Source: Octopus bimaculoides (taxonomy: Eukaryota). From it: DNA of 55,185 nucleotides. The translations under genes and the position numbers were made by a program. This document shows positions 22,630 to 35,455 of the stretch, piece by piece. The stretch covers positions 19,374,211-19,429,395 of the forward strand of contig NC_069004.1 of NCBI RefSeq assembly GCF_001194135.2, given 5' to 3'. Each line of letters opens with the position of its first letter. Positions within the stretch are counted from its first letter, which is position 1. Under the pieces are notes generated by a model, which saw nothing but the letters and a program-made list of their open reading frames with translations, did not search any database and was not told the DNA's origin.

Positions 22630-25600
22630 GAACCAATAGCATGCCTAAGTTAAAGATCTTTGTTTGGTAACTATATGTTTTGGTCAAGACCCTAGTTTCA
22701 CTCAATTTTCTTTGTAAAGGCATGGAACGTAATCAACATGTGGCCATTGGTGGTGATAAAGGTCCTTGTCAGGTCTCATTTACTTTCAGTACAGTCAGAA
22801 CTGATGAAGAAACCTTTATATAGTCACTCAGTCTGCTAGAAATAGCAGCCAAACACTTTAAAATCACACTTCATACTTTTTTTGTATGGAATTCCATATT
22901 TGAAAATATGGTCCTTTCTATATAGTATATGGAACATCTTTGACAAAAGCTATACAGGATTAAAGCTGCCATAACGCTTACCAGCATCAAAGCCAGTCAT
23001 CTGGTTTAATACTTTCTACTGATTAACTCAATTTGTTTCCGCCCGAGGTGAATTGTGTGCAACCTGGGTATGGAAAAGAACCTTCAGTTACTATGCATAA
23101 ACACATTTTAGCAGACGCTATGCATTTCCATTTAAGCAAATATATACATTTTCATCACAAGTGTATATAGTGCACTCTTTTTATATTCATTCATAATACT
23201 GTGTATGTATGTACTTGTGTGCANNNNNNNNNNNNNNNNNNNNNNNNNNNNNNNNNNNNNNNNNNNNNNNNNNNNNNNNNNNNNNNNNNNNNNNNNNNNN
23301 NNNNNNNNNNNNNNNNNNNNNNNNNNNNNNNNNNNNNNNNNNNNNNNNNNNNNNNNNNNNNNNNNNNNNNNNNNNNNNNNNNNNNNNNNNNNNNNNNNNN
23401 NNNNNNNNNNNNNNNNNNNNNNNNNNNNNNNNNNNNNNNNNNNNNNNNNNNNNNNNNNNNNNNNNNNNNNNNNNNNNNNNNNNNNNNNNNNNNNNNNNNN
23501 NNNNNNNNNNNNNNNNNNNNNNNNNNNNNNNNNNNNNNNNNNNNNNNNNNNNNNNNNNNNNNNNNNNNNNNNNNNNNNNNNNNNNNNATGTATGTATGTA
23601 TGTACAAGCACACAGAAGTTTATAAATATGCATGGGCAGACACATATATCTGTGAGCTGTACTCCTTTACAAATCTAACTGCTAGTATCTGTATAATTTA
23701 CATGCTCAAAGGAATTGTGAACCCTAGCCACCCAAAAGTTACAACGTAGTATTAACTGTCAAACATGTAAAAGAGGTGTCTTTACCATTTATCTCTTCTT
23801 TTCTCACCCCATCCCACAAAAGTTTGCTTTCTTCCCCTGTCCCTTCTTATTCTGCTATTTCTTTCTTCCTATGGACCCCATTTTTTTCTTTTCAACCAAA
23901 TAAGACATCTATAAAAATATTTCTTAAGATAGCACCAGAATATAATATTAGACCATATCTACTTTGCAACTATATTACTTCTCCCACAAGTTGCTTATGA
24001 AAAACTTGAAAAAAACCAAAGTAATTTGAGAAAATATATACATAGCTTCTGACCGGACTCTATGGAGATGATGCCTGAGGACACTACTTCAATGAACCTC
24101 CCAAGAATATTGGGCAAAAATGGATGGATATATATATATTTAAGTGCAGGTGTGGTAAAGAGGTTGCCTTCCCACCACATGGTCCCAGGTTCAGTCCTAC
24201 TGCATAGCACTGTGGGAAAGTGACGTCTGCTGTAGCCACAGGCCAACCAATTGAGAGACAGAAAATGAAAGAAGCATGTTGTGTATATATGTGTGTGTGT
24301 CTTATGTTTACACTAGGGTAAAAAGAAACCGGTGTTGCTCTTTATGCTGTTTCTCTTTCTTTCATAATTGAATATTTTGATAAATAGATTGATTAAATAA
24401 TCACAGTATTTGCCAGTTTATAAGATGCCCTCTCACATGAAACTCATGCTTATGTTACAAGTATATTTTGTGAAAAAAAAAAACAGATTTAGTTCTGCTT
24501 CATTGTAGACTTATTAAAAGATATTTTTAAGTGGTTTAGTAGGTCAAAGGTGTATAATTTTGTGCATGCAAATACAATGTTGTGATAGGATAAAAGGGCA
24601 TATGTTGTGACTGTATTTCATCTATATCTTCTTTGAGATCAATTGTATTGTTGTTTATATTTTAGTCAAGAGAATTGTCATACAGGATGTAAAACTCATG
24701 TTTTTCTGACTATGATATTTTATGTAACTGTGTGAACAGTCACAAGGTTGGTGTGCCACTGTTATGATTTTGATGTCATCCACTCATTGCAAATTGCTGA
24801 CAGGCTAGGAGAACTTTTCGTTTAGATAATATTTGTAAAAAATGTTTCTTAAACATGGTCAGTCATTAAATAGTATAAAACACATGTAAGTGTGGATTAT
24901 GTAAGCTGGGATAGGAGGTGTAAGAAGATGGGACCTCCCCAGATAACTGCCAATGAACCTGTAATTTTTCATATGTGCCAATAGACTGTGATATTTTGGC
25001 TTGTTTGTAATACTTTGTTGTTAGTAAGGTGGCAAGCTAGCAGAATTGTTGGCACATCAAGCAAAATGCTTAGTGGCATTTTGTCCGTCCTTACATTCTG
25101 AATTCAAATTCTGCCAAGGTCAACTTTGCCTTTCATCCTTTCCTTTCAGGGTTGATAAAATAAGTATCTAAGTACCAGTTATGCACTGAGGTTGATGTAA
25201 TCGACTTACCTCCCTCTCCGAAATTGCCTTGTACCAAAATTTGAAACCAATATTGAGAGGCGGTTAGGGTGGAAAGCTGGCAGAATCGTTAGCACGCCGG
25301 GTGAAATGCTTAGCGGTATTTCGTCTACCGTTACGTTCTGAGTTCAAATTCCGCCGAGGTCGACTTTGCCTTTCATCCTTTCCAGGGTCGATTAAATAAG
25401 TACCAGTTATGCACTGGGGTCAATGTAATTGACTTAATCCCTTTGTCTGTCCTTGTTTGTCCCCTCTACGTTTAGCCCCTTGTGGGCAATAAAGAAATAA
25501 GAATCATTAGCATGCTGGCCAAAATGCTTAGCAGCATTCTGTCTGTCCTTACATTCTAAGTTCAAATTCCATCGAGGTTGACTTTGCCTTTCATCCATTT

Positions 25601-28600
25601 CGGGGTTAATAAAATAAGTACCAGCAGAGCACTGGAGTCAATGTAATTGACTTACTCCTCCCCCAAAATTGCTGGCCTTGTGCCAAATTTTGAAACCAAT
25701 ATTTTGTTATAAGCAACAAGTATTGTGCCTTGCAGGATTATGCATGTTTGGCTCCCTCACCTTTGACACTCAGTCTCTCGTTTGCAATATGGCTGCATTA
25801 GATGCAGGGCAGTTTTTTGATACATTTAGAAATAGAAGAAGTGCATCTTATATACCAGCAAATACAGTATAAATGACAAGGCTAGATACCTTGTATTTCA
25901 TCATCACCCTTTCAAAAAAATATAAAACATTCTAAAACAAAACGCTGTAAAAACTGCTTGCAAGGAAACAAACAAAATCATTTCTTTCTTGTGAAAACTC
26001 TAACTTCATAGATAATTTTAGAATATTGTTAATATTTGGGAACTACAAGGCGGCAACCTGGCAGAATCGTTAGCATGTCAGGTGAAACACTTAGCAACAT
26101 TTCATCCGTCTTTATGTTCTAAGTTCAAATTCCACCTAGGTTGACTTTGCCTTTCATCCCTTTGGGGTGGATAAAATAAGTTGAATACAAGGGTCATTGT
26201 AATCAACTTACCTCCTCCCCTAGAATTGCTGGCTTTGTGCCAACATTTGAAACCAATATCTTGGGCTACTAGACTTCATCTTTTATCTGAAAAATTGTAA
26301 TTGAACAAATCTTGAAAATTCTTCCCTCTATTTACATTATAAGTGTTCTTGAGAAAAGCAATTCCATTGCTTTCTGTTATCTTAAATCTCCTTATAAGAG
26401 AGAGGGAAATGTTTTCAGATTTCAAGCAGACTCCACTGATAATAAATACTGCTCCCCCCCTCCCCCAAAATGTTGATTTTTTTTTTCTTGCTCACAACAA
26501 AACCAATTTATTCCATTTTTTAAAAAACTGTTTATGATCATTAATAACTATTGAAGAACATCAATAGTTCCTTCAGATCCTAAAACTTTGTACAAAAACA
26601 AAGGGAAAAAAAAACAATAAATTATAATATATTTTATGGTCACTTGTTATATTTTCCTGGAAAATGAATTTATTTTTTTTATCCTATTTATAAACATGTT
26701 CTAAATTGAATTAGAAATATGAGCCTGTTTTTCTTCATGTTCACTTATCATTGTAACAACAAACCACGAAATGATTCTGATAAAGAACACAAATACAGAA
26801 AATGGTTTTGGTTCTTTTGTTTTAGAATTATTTCTTTTCATGTTAAATATTTTTAGGATTTTTTTTCTATTTGTAAAACTGTTCCATATTATATATTGTT
26901 ATATAATAAAATGTGAAAAACCGAAATTCCTAATTCTTTTATTTCTTACTACTTATCATCAGAACTTCAAACCAATATCTACATTTTCTACAATACCATC
27001 TATTCTGTTGTGATAAAATGTTTTTCTGTGTGTGAATGGTATTACAATTCAGTATCAAGTTGATATGGATCAAATGAACACAAATTCCATTGAAGGTTTT
27101 AAATGCAAAAAAAAACATTTATTAGTGTTAACAAATAAATGTTGATACTATGAAAGACAAAGAAAATGTGTTTGCACAAGTAAGGAAACTAAAATTTAAA
27201 TGAGATGTTGAATCAGGGAATAATAGTTGTTGCTGATGTGTTTCTTGGAGTTAGCTGGTTAGGGTGTGTTGCTGTGGTCATTGCCATCAACCATTGTCTT
27301 GGTGCTATGGACACTACTTTAGTCTGCTTTCTAGTTCTCTGTTGCCATCTGCAGGCTAGTGGCTAAAATGTGCCAAATGTATAGCTGATGGTCTTGTGAG
27401 GAAAAAGTGGGCCAAAGATTTAATCCTGTTCCACCAGGAATTTTGAATGTGTAATGTTTTGATGACATGAGCAATCCTTGAGCGAATCACATTTGTGATG
27501 CTTAGTTGTTTTTGTATTGGATACAGTGATCTGGTTTAGACTTCTAGGTGTTTTGTGACTACCAAATATCCCTGCTACAATTCTATAAAAAAAAAAATAC
27601 ATAGCCATCACTCACAAGCATGTACCATGCTTTCACTAACTGTTTTAGATGCCTGTATAACTTCTACAAGATACAGATATCCTCTCAACCCTCCTGCTTT
27701 TGACCCTGCAAAGTATTAAGTAGGTGACAGCTGGAGGGAAAAAGTGTTGCCCCAGCACTTCAGCTGAGTGGACGGAAGCAGTGGGAAATGAAGTGCACTG
27801 CTCAAGCATCCAACTCACTGCCAATCCAAAAATCAAAGCTATGAGCCTATGGGTGTGATGCCATCACCCTTAACCTCTTGGCTACATGTCATCGTTATCT
27901 GTACTAGGAGCAGTGACAGTTCGTAGACAAAATTAGTGGAGATGCTGCTTCAGACAATTTTTAGCCATTGTTTTAATATTATGCGAAAGGAAACAGACAT
28001 ACAAAAAGAAAATTTATACATAAACTTGATCGGTTCGCATTTTAGCCACTGCCAGGTAGTGTGTTTAGTTGGTTCACTGAACACTGCTGCAAATTCCTCC
28101 TTGTTTTTCAAAAATCCCCCCTAAATCACAAAATAAGGGAGTGAAATGTACCCTATTTTTCAAATCCTGGTAGCAACACAGAAGCTGGAAGCAGGATAGT
28201 AATCTAATTCTACACTTTATCATGAATATAAACATTCAAGAATATAAACATGTTTTTATGCACAACACATGCAGAGTTAAAAAGAAAGACTACTTTCACC
28301 AGCTCACCAGGATCTGCACTGCATGAACCACAGTGCTCTCTCTCTCTCTCTCTCCCTACCTAGCTTGAAGCTTCCTATCTCAGACATGAGTATGCGCACA
28401 ACAGCTAAACACCGCATTGCTGGAACTGAAGTGCACAGTTCTATACAAGGAATTTTGTATTGTTTTCATAAACTGGGGGGTGGCTACTGACATGAAGCTT
28501 AAGGATTATATAATGTACAAGTATAAAGAAAGCATTAAAGAAAAAAGGACACATTATATTGAATGTTATTGATAATATCAAGTGGAAATAAGGGATTCTG

Positions 28601-29025
28601 CAGTGCCTTTACACGAGACGCCACTAACCAGGAGCAGCAAACTTAAATCATTGCCCTTCATCTTGCAATTGTTGATAACTTATCACTTCTCTTTTACTCC
28701 CATGATGGACAGTTCAAAGGTTAGAGGTTAGACTAATATGGACCACCTCTTCCCAGAGGTGAAAAACGGTTTGTGTAGGACCAACATGTTTGTGTAGGAT
28801 AGAAGCAAAGTTACAGAAGCATCTATGAAAATTCAAAGTCAACAGGATCTGTGGGAAGAAGACCTTCCATCAGGGTAACATACAAGGCAGGATATTGATA
28901 CAAAGCTGAAAAAGCAGGGATCCAACTGAAGAGAAGCAGAAAAGACAGCCTCAAGTCAAGAACAGTAGAGAAAAGTCACTGATGGCCTGTATCCCATAGG
29001 AAACAAAGGGCTTAAAAAGCATATA

Positions 29026-29215
29026 CAGGGTGGGCCAAAAGTCATGCACAAATGCTCTAGAATTGTTAAAGACACGCTTCAATTTTTCTAAAGTCGAATG
29101 AATAATGATGAATACAGATGTATTTTTACATGATGAATAAAATTAATAATAATAATAAAATGAATAAATGAATATAACAGCAAATGTTTTGGTGCGTGAC
29201 TTTTGGCTCATCCTG
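29026..29215. mobile_element. Tc1-like MITE, 190 bp
   Basis: TIRs CAGGGTGGGCCAAAAGTCATGCAC / GTGCGTGACTTTTGGCTCATCCTG match at 21/24. TA on the left flank. Confidence 0.8.
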
Positions 29216-29450
29216 CACACACACACACGTGAGTATCAGTTGAGCATTGTAGTCAATGTAATTGTCTTAATAATTTGACTGCAGCCATGCTGGAGCACCA
29301 CCTTTAGTCAAACAAATCAACCCCAGGACTTATTCTTTGTAAGCCTAATACTTATTCTATAGGTCTCTTTTGCCAAACCGCTAAGTTATGGGGATGTAAA
29401 CACACCAACATCAGTTGTCAAGCAATGGTGGCGGACAAACACACACACAC

Positions 29451-29490
<40 letters not shown>

Positions 29491-30053
29491 TGATGGGCTT
29501 CTTTCAGTTTCTGTCAACCAAATCCACTCACAAGGCTTTGGTCGGCCTGAGGCTATAGTAGAAGACACTTGCCCAAGGTGTCACGCAATTGGACTGAACC
29601 CGGAACCATGTGGTTGGTAAGCAAGCTACTTACCACACAGCCACTCCATATATATATTCCCTCATTCTTTTATTTGTTTCAGTCATTTGACTGTGGCCAT
29701 GCTGGAGTACCACCTTGAAGGACTTATTTCTTAAGCCTGGTACGTGTTCTATCAGTCACTTTTGCCAAACCATTAAGTTAAAAGGATGTAAACACACCAA
29801 CACTGGTTGTCAAGCAGTGATGGAGGAACAAACACAAACACAAAAATACATATATATACACAATTGGCTTCTTTCAGTTTCTGTCTACCAAATTTACTCA
29901 CAAGGTTTTGGTCAGCCCAAGGCTATAGCAAAAGACACTTGCATAAGGCAACATGCTGTGGGACTAAATCTGGAACCATGTGGTTGAGAAGTAAGCTTCT
30001 TACCACACAGCCATGCCTGTGCCTCATATATATATATATACATATATACAGAA

Positions 30054-30095
<42 letters not shown>

Positions 30096-33042
30096 TACAG
30101 AATGGGACAAGAACACAAAACATCCAGACAGTTAGGTGATACAAGAAAGAGACAAAACATCCAGATAAACGATACAAAGAAAACACGGACAGGTCATTCA
30201 GAGATCCAGATTATCCTTGCAATTTTAGCTGGTTATTCTCAATATTGCTCCAATCTGGCCAGCCCCAAGGTAAAAACTAAGCTAAGAGCATTAGATTCCT
30301 TGGGAGAAAGCAGCGAATGTATACAAAAACAAGGACGGAAGAAAACGAACAATGTTACACAAATACAGTAGGAATAATAACCGGACATAACAACAGATGT
30401 CTTTCGACTAAGGACGAATTAAATTAAGCTGGCGTGTGTGGAAATAAAGCCTTACGGCAGGGCTACAAGATTTCACAGGCACAGGGAGGAGTAACGATGT
30501 GCACGCACAACAGCCGCCCAAGAAAGAAAGGTCAGGCTTGGCCAAACACCGGTCACGTGGGAAGAGAAGAGAGAGATGTAGAGGCAGAGGGACAAATATA
30601 TATATTCAGTACATTTTAACTGAAATCCCTTGCAGCTTTTGTATCTGACTGAGTTATCACCTTGTATGAAATGCAAAAGGGACATTAGCATATCTTTCAA
30701 GAATAAAAAAACATAAACATCAGACAAAGGATTGCAGTCAATGAAATCAAGTACAACCCTTAAGGCATTGCCTCAGCATGGCTGCAGTCCAATGACTAGA
30801 ATTTGTAACTGAACAGAGAAAAAAAAAACAATTTGAATTTTATTGAATATTTTATTTATCTGTTTTATTTTTATTTAAATTTGAGACTCAAATATTTAAA
30901 AATTCAAATATATAAAAACTAGCAAAATTCCTATCTTTGATGACAAGACAATAACAAAACATGACAGTTAGTTAGTTTGTTTGTTTTTTTTTTTTATTTC
31001 AAATCAAATCAAACACAAAGAGTTACATCTAACAAGAAAATGTTATGTTTTTAAAGTTGTTTTAATTAAATCAAACATTTGCAAACTGTAAGAACAACAA
31101 CAATAACAAAATAGAAAATCTTTTTTTTCTTCTTCTCTTTAAAAAACAACACATAGAAAAGAACAGTAACATTATTATTATTATTGGCAAGGAAAAAACA
31201 ATATTAGTCAAAGACTTTTTTATATTTTTCTGGTAAGGATGGGCGGCAACTCCAGACATGTTTTGACCTTATGCTGAGATTTTCAACAAAGAATAACTTT
31301 CACTGTATTTGCCAAAGTAGTGATGAAGAAATCACAAAGCAAGCATAAAATGATTGCACACTTGTTTGGTATAAGAAAATAGAATTGCTTAGATATGAAA
31401 GCAGAGATGCCATCTGTACAAAAACCAATTGACAGGTAAATCTGTGAAGGTATCATTAAATATTTTCCTAGTTAATTATTCTCATGTATAATTGCATTAA
31501 GCAAGAAATTAACTTATTTAGAAACAATAACAGCAAGATTACTTGACTTGCTATTTTTTAGAAGGAAATATTTATAGTCAATTGAATCAATCCTACGAGT
31601 ATTACTGGTACTTATTTTACTAAATCTTACTGAATAGAAGATGAAGTTGGTACTGATAGGATTTGATTTTAAAACATAGAAGGACATGATAGCAATACAG
31701 TGAAGCATCTAGCTTGGTGCTCAACCATTTCTGTCAACTCACCCCACAAAAGTAACAAAGCTGTTATAACAACAACAAAAGAAAACATTTACACTAGTAA
31801 TGAAAATCAAGAAATAGCAGGATTAGCAAAAAATTATGTCAGTATCGAAATTTAAATTACTATGATTATTTCACTGAAAAAATAAATACATAAATAAAAT
31901 TAATTAACTGACTAATTAATTTAAACACTTTCAATATAATTTCCTGTTTTCCAGCTATGGTCAACAACACTTCTCAGGTCTTGTACGAAAAATAATTGTA
32001 TAAAAAGTGAAATCACCAATCTGGTAAGCATTTGGCTTGCTCTTCATAATGTTGTTGGAACAGAAGACATTTGAAATAAAATTGCTGCAAACCTTGTTCC
32101 ACTTATAACAGAACTGAGAGATAAGTTGAAAATAAGGTTCAAGAAATTCCCAAGTAATTTCATGTAAGGTATAAGTATATAAAAACACTAAAAAAAACCT
32201 ACTGATCAATGAGTATAATTGACCATTTGAACCTACTTCAGCAGGTCAGAAACTGCATCAACAAGCAGCAGAAACTCACTGCCACAGCTCAAAGTGTTTC
32301 TAACAGTTCTTCAAGACCAACCAGCTCAATCAAAAAAATAATTTCTACGACTCAAACAACAATGCTAACATCATACACAAGGTTGTTGCCACTGGGTGCA
32401 TTTGGACCTAGTGGAAACAAGCAACAACAAAACCACTTTTTCCTCCTATATCTGCAGGTTGTAGAGCTGTGAAGGACACTTTTCTCAGAAAAGATTGTTT
32501 AAATCTTTGCCTCAAATATGAATGCACAAAAGGCAACAAGTGTGTCTTCTTCCATCTAAAACTATTCCACTTCATGTTTACTGTAAACTTGTTTGAACCA
32601 GAAACAGCACAATAGATTTTTTGACTATCCTTTCCCAGATGCAAAACAACTACCTTCACTCAGAGCATGAGATATGTGACATAGCCTTAGACATCGAAAG
32701 ATGTTTCTGACAACGTTTGGCAAAACAGTATAAAATGCTCGAATTTTTCATATAAATTTGTGCAGCAAATATGATGAGAGTAACTTCTCCTTTCTTGATT
32801 CTACAAACTACATACGTGGAAGATACAGAAAGATCTAGTCATTTGATAACTTTAGCTGAAAATCTATGTTGTAACACTCTAAGTGGATTATTCCTAAACC
32901 ATCGTTTTTCTTTTTTTTTGTTTTACTTTTCACATATAATTCTACATTTGGGATTTCTTATTTTAGTAGGACATTCATTTTACCTTAATATTGGAAGAAT
33001 TATAAATACCTGAGGAGGTTATACTTTCCCCCAAAATTCTAT

Positions 33043-33530
33043 TTATAATGGGCAGAATTCTGCTTTAAGTATCCCATATAATCCCTCGTAACTTTTATAT
33101 TTTGGAGAATTTTCAGAAAATTTTGCAAATTTGTGTTCTACACATGGAAATTCATACAACAATGAAAATAATTTTTAATTTTGTTTAATCAGCTTCAAAA
33201 CCACACCTTAAAATATGGATAGTCCAAATTTTTTGCTTAAATCCCAGCAATAGACCATTAAATGGGTTTATGGGGAGAAAGACATTGAAAAACATCAATA
33301 TACCAGAGTGACAAACAAATGAGGAGAGTATCAGGTGATCATGAGATGTGCTAAAATTAACAGCCAAATAACCTTTAAATCACATGCAGTTTTTTTTTTT
33401 CTTTTGGATTTTGCATAATGAATTCTCATGTGAAGAACATAAATTCACAAAACTTTTTCAAAAAAATCCAAAAATTAAAGAAGTTATGAGGGGTTATATA
33501 GGATGCTTAAACCAGAATTCCACCTTATAA
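33043..33530. mobile_element. MITE with ~125-bp diverged TIRs
   Basis: TTATAATGGGCAGAATTCTGCTTTAAGTATCCCATATAATCCCTCGTAAC... is mirrored by ...GTTATGAGGGGTTATATAGGATGCTTAAACCAGAATTCCACCTTATAA. Confidence 0.8.
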
Positions 33531-33609
33531 TGCCTCCTTCAAGAAAGTAATCATTCTGCTGAAAGACTAAATTACCAGAACCTATTTTTCTGAAAGAAAC
33601 CTATCAATT

Positions 33610-33990
33610 CAGATTATTGTAATTTTGGGTTTAAAACTGATGTCCAAACCAGAACATATCACAAACATTCGAAAAAAAAGCATTTTGAGGATGATAAAAG
33701 AACATTTAACTTAGAGATCATTCAAACCAATTCCAGAAGGACTTAAAAGAAATTAAATGGATCAATACTAATTTAATTTAAACATCAAAGATCGAGTTGA
33801 GCTTCAGGATTTGGAAAAGCCCATATATCACTTTTAAAGATCACAAATCATGATCAACCCTACATCAAGACTTGCAAACCCTTACCTAAATGGACATTGG
33901 TATTATTAACAAGCATATTCTACATAATTAATCTACTCCTTTAGGAATAGATTAGGGTTTTCCTTTAGGAAAATACTAATTCTGTAATAA
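33610..33990 (+). mobile_element. Degenerate Penelope-like retroelement RT N-terminal fragment
   Basis: Frameshifted remnants FGFKTD..PEHI...HFEDD and PYITFKDHKS / NPTSRLANP, resembling the recalled PLE motif KDHK..NP..RLINP. Confidence 0.55.
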
Positions 33991-34629
33991 ATTGGTTGTA
34001 GTCCAATTTATACTGTTTCACATTCATGATTATTCTCCCTCAACAGTTCACTCCTACCATCACCTGAGATAGTAGAGGTAAACTGTTGAAAGAAATGAAG
34101 GCAAAGAGCTCATCTCTATATCAGTGCAGTAGCCATGATAATAGTATCAATGCCTTCATTTCTTCCATCAGCTGTTTGCTGCTACCACCTCTAATACTTC
34201 TGTTATCTTCCTCAATGTCTGTCATTACTGACAGCCCTCACATATCCACATCTGAACCAAAACTATTCTTTTTGCTCTATTCGTACTAGAACTACCACCC
34301 CATTCTCAATATTTCTTTAATTCCATCAACTATATATTAAGGACGGATTCTTTTTTTTTTTTTTTTTTNNNNNNNNNNACCAATACTAGAACCTCTTTGC
34401 TCCAAATGCACAGTTTCTTTTTATATAACCTTTCACGCCTCTGTCCTCATCCTCTGTGAACTATCTAGAGTAACCTTTTTTCTTTCCTCTAAACCCACTA
34501 ACTGCTCCTATCTTTCTTCTTCTCCCCATTCTCTTGCTTTATATCTGTGTGTGTGTGTGTATAAAGTCATAAATGACAAATATTTTGATGACTTACTTGA
34601 ATCCATATATTGTGACTTAAATATATATA

Positions 34630-34669
<40 letters not shown>

Positions 34670-34670
34670 A

Positions 34671-35008
34671 GGATAATTTTTTTTAAAAATCTTATCAGTG
34701 GCCAGGATATAACAATAGACCTATTAAGGTGAAATCATATATATAATTATATTTAAGGGCATAGAAAAAATTCTAGCCTATATGTTGAAAGTTGACACTA
34801 AATCATCTCACCACTTTAAAAACATCCTTGATTTCAACACGTAAGTTTGTGATGTTTCTAAAGTGGTGAGACAATTTAGCATCTATTTTCAACATATAAG
34901 CTAGAATTTTTTTCTGTGCCCTTAATTATAATTGCATATATGATTTCACCTAAATAGGTTTATTTTTATATGCTGGCCACTGATAACATTTTTTAAAAAA
35001 TTTTATCC
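34671..35008. repeat. Foldback palindrome with ~155-bp arms and a 24-nt loop; partial second copy at ~35297-35403
   Basis: GGATAATTTT...CAGTGGCCAG...CTCACCACTTTAAAAACATC is mirrored by GATGTTTCTAAAGTGGTGAG...CTGGCCACTG...TTTTATCC. Confidence 0.92.
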
Positions 35009-35404
35009 CCTTATTATAATTGAAAATTTTCTATTCACTTCAGGAGAGTAGAGCAACTTATGTGCTACTATGACTGAATACACATGCATTGAGGTAAGCT
35101 ACAAAATTCGATGTTGGATGTATCTGTGGTATTTATATGTAGCTATGGCTTTGCGTTTGCTTTCCTTTGGGTATGTATAAATATCTCATTTATTTCCCAT
35201 AAGTATGCTCTGCTGACAAGGAAAAGCCATTGGGTAAATCCAGAAATTGATCAATCCAGAGCTATCTATATTGTTAATTTCCGTTAGCTTACTCCCTCAA
35301 TTTCAACACGTGTAACTTTGTGATGTTTTTAAAGTGGTGAGACAATTTAGCATCTATTTTCAGCATACAGGCTAGAATTTTTTCTATGGCCTTAATTATA
35401 ATTA

Positions 35405-35455
<51 letters not shown>

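Noticed and set aside
22801-22815. CTGATGAAGAAAC as a hammerhead core
   Set aside because: There is no room for stem II and no flanking stems. It sits at the edge of a family-E repeat fragment.
19392-23749. Many long ORFs in the track containing X runs and YI/HT/VC repeats
   Set aside because: They are artefacts of N gaps and dinucleotide microsatellites.
28560-29015. Possible decayed LINE 3' end
   Set aside because: Only a vague resemblance. I could not recover a diagnostic peptide motif.
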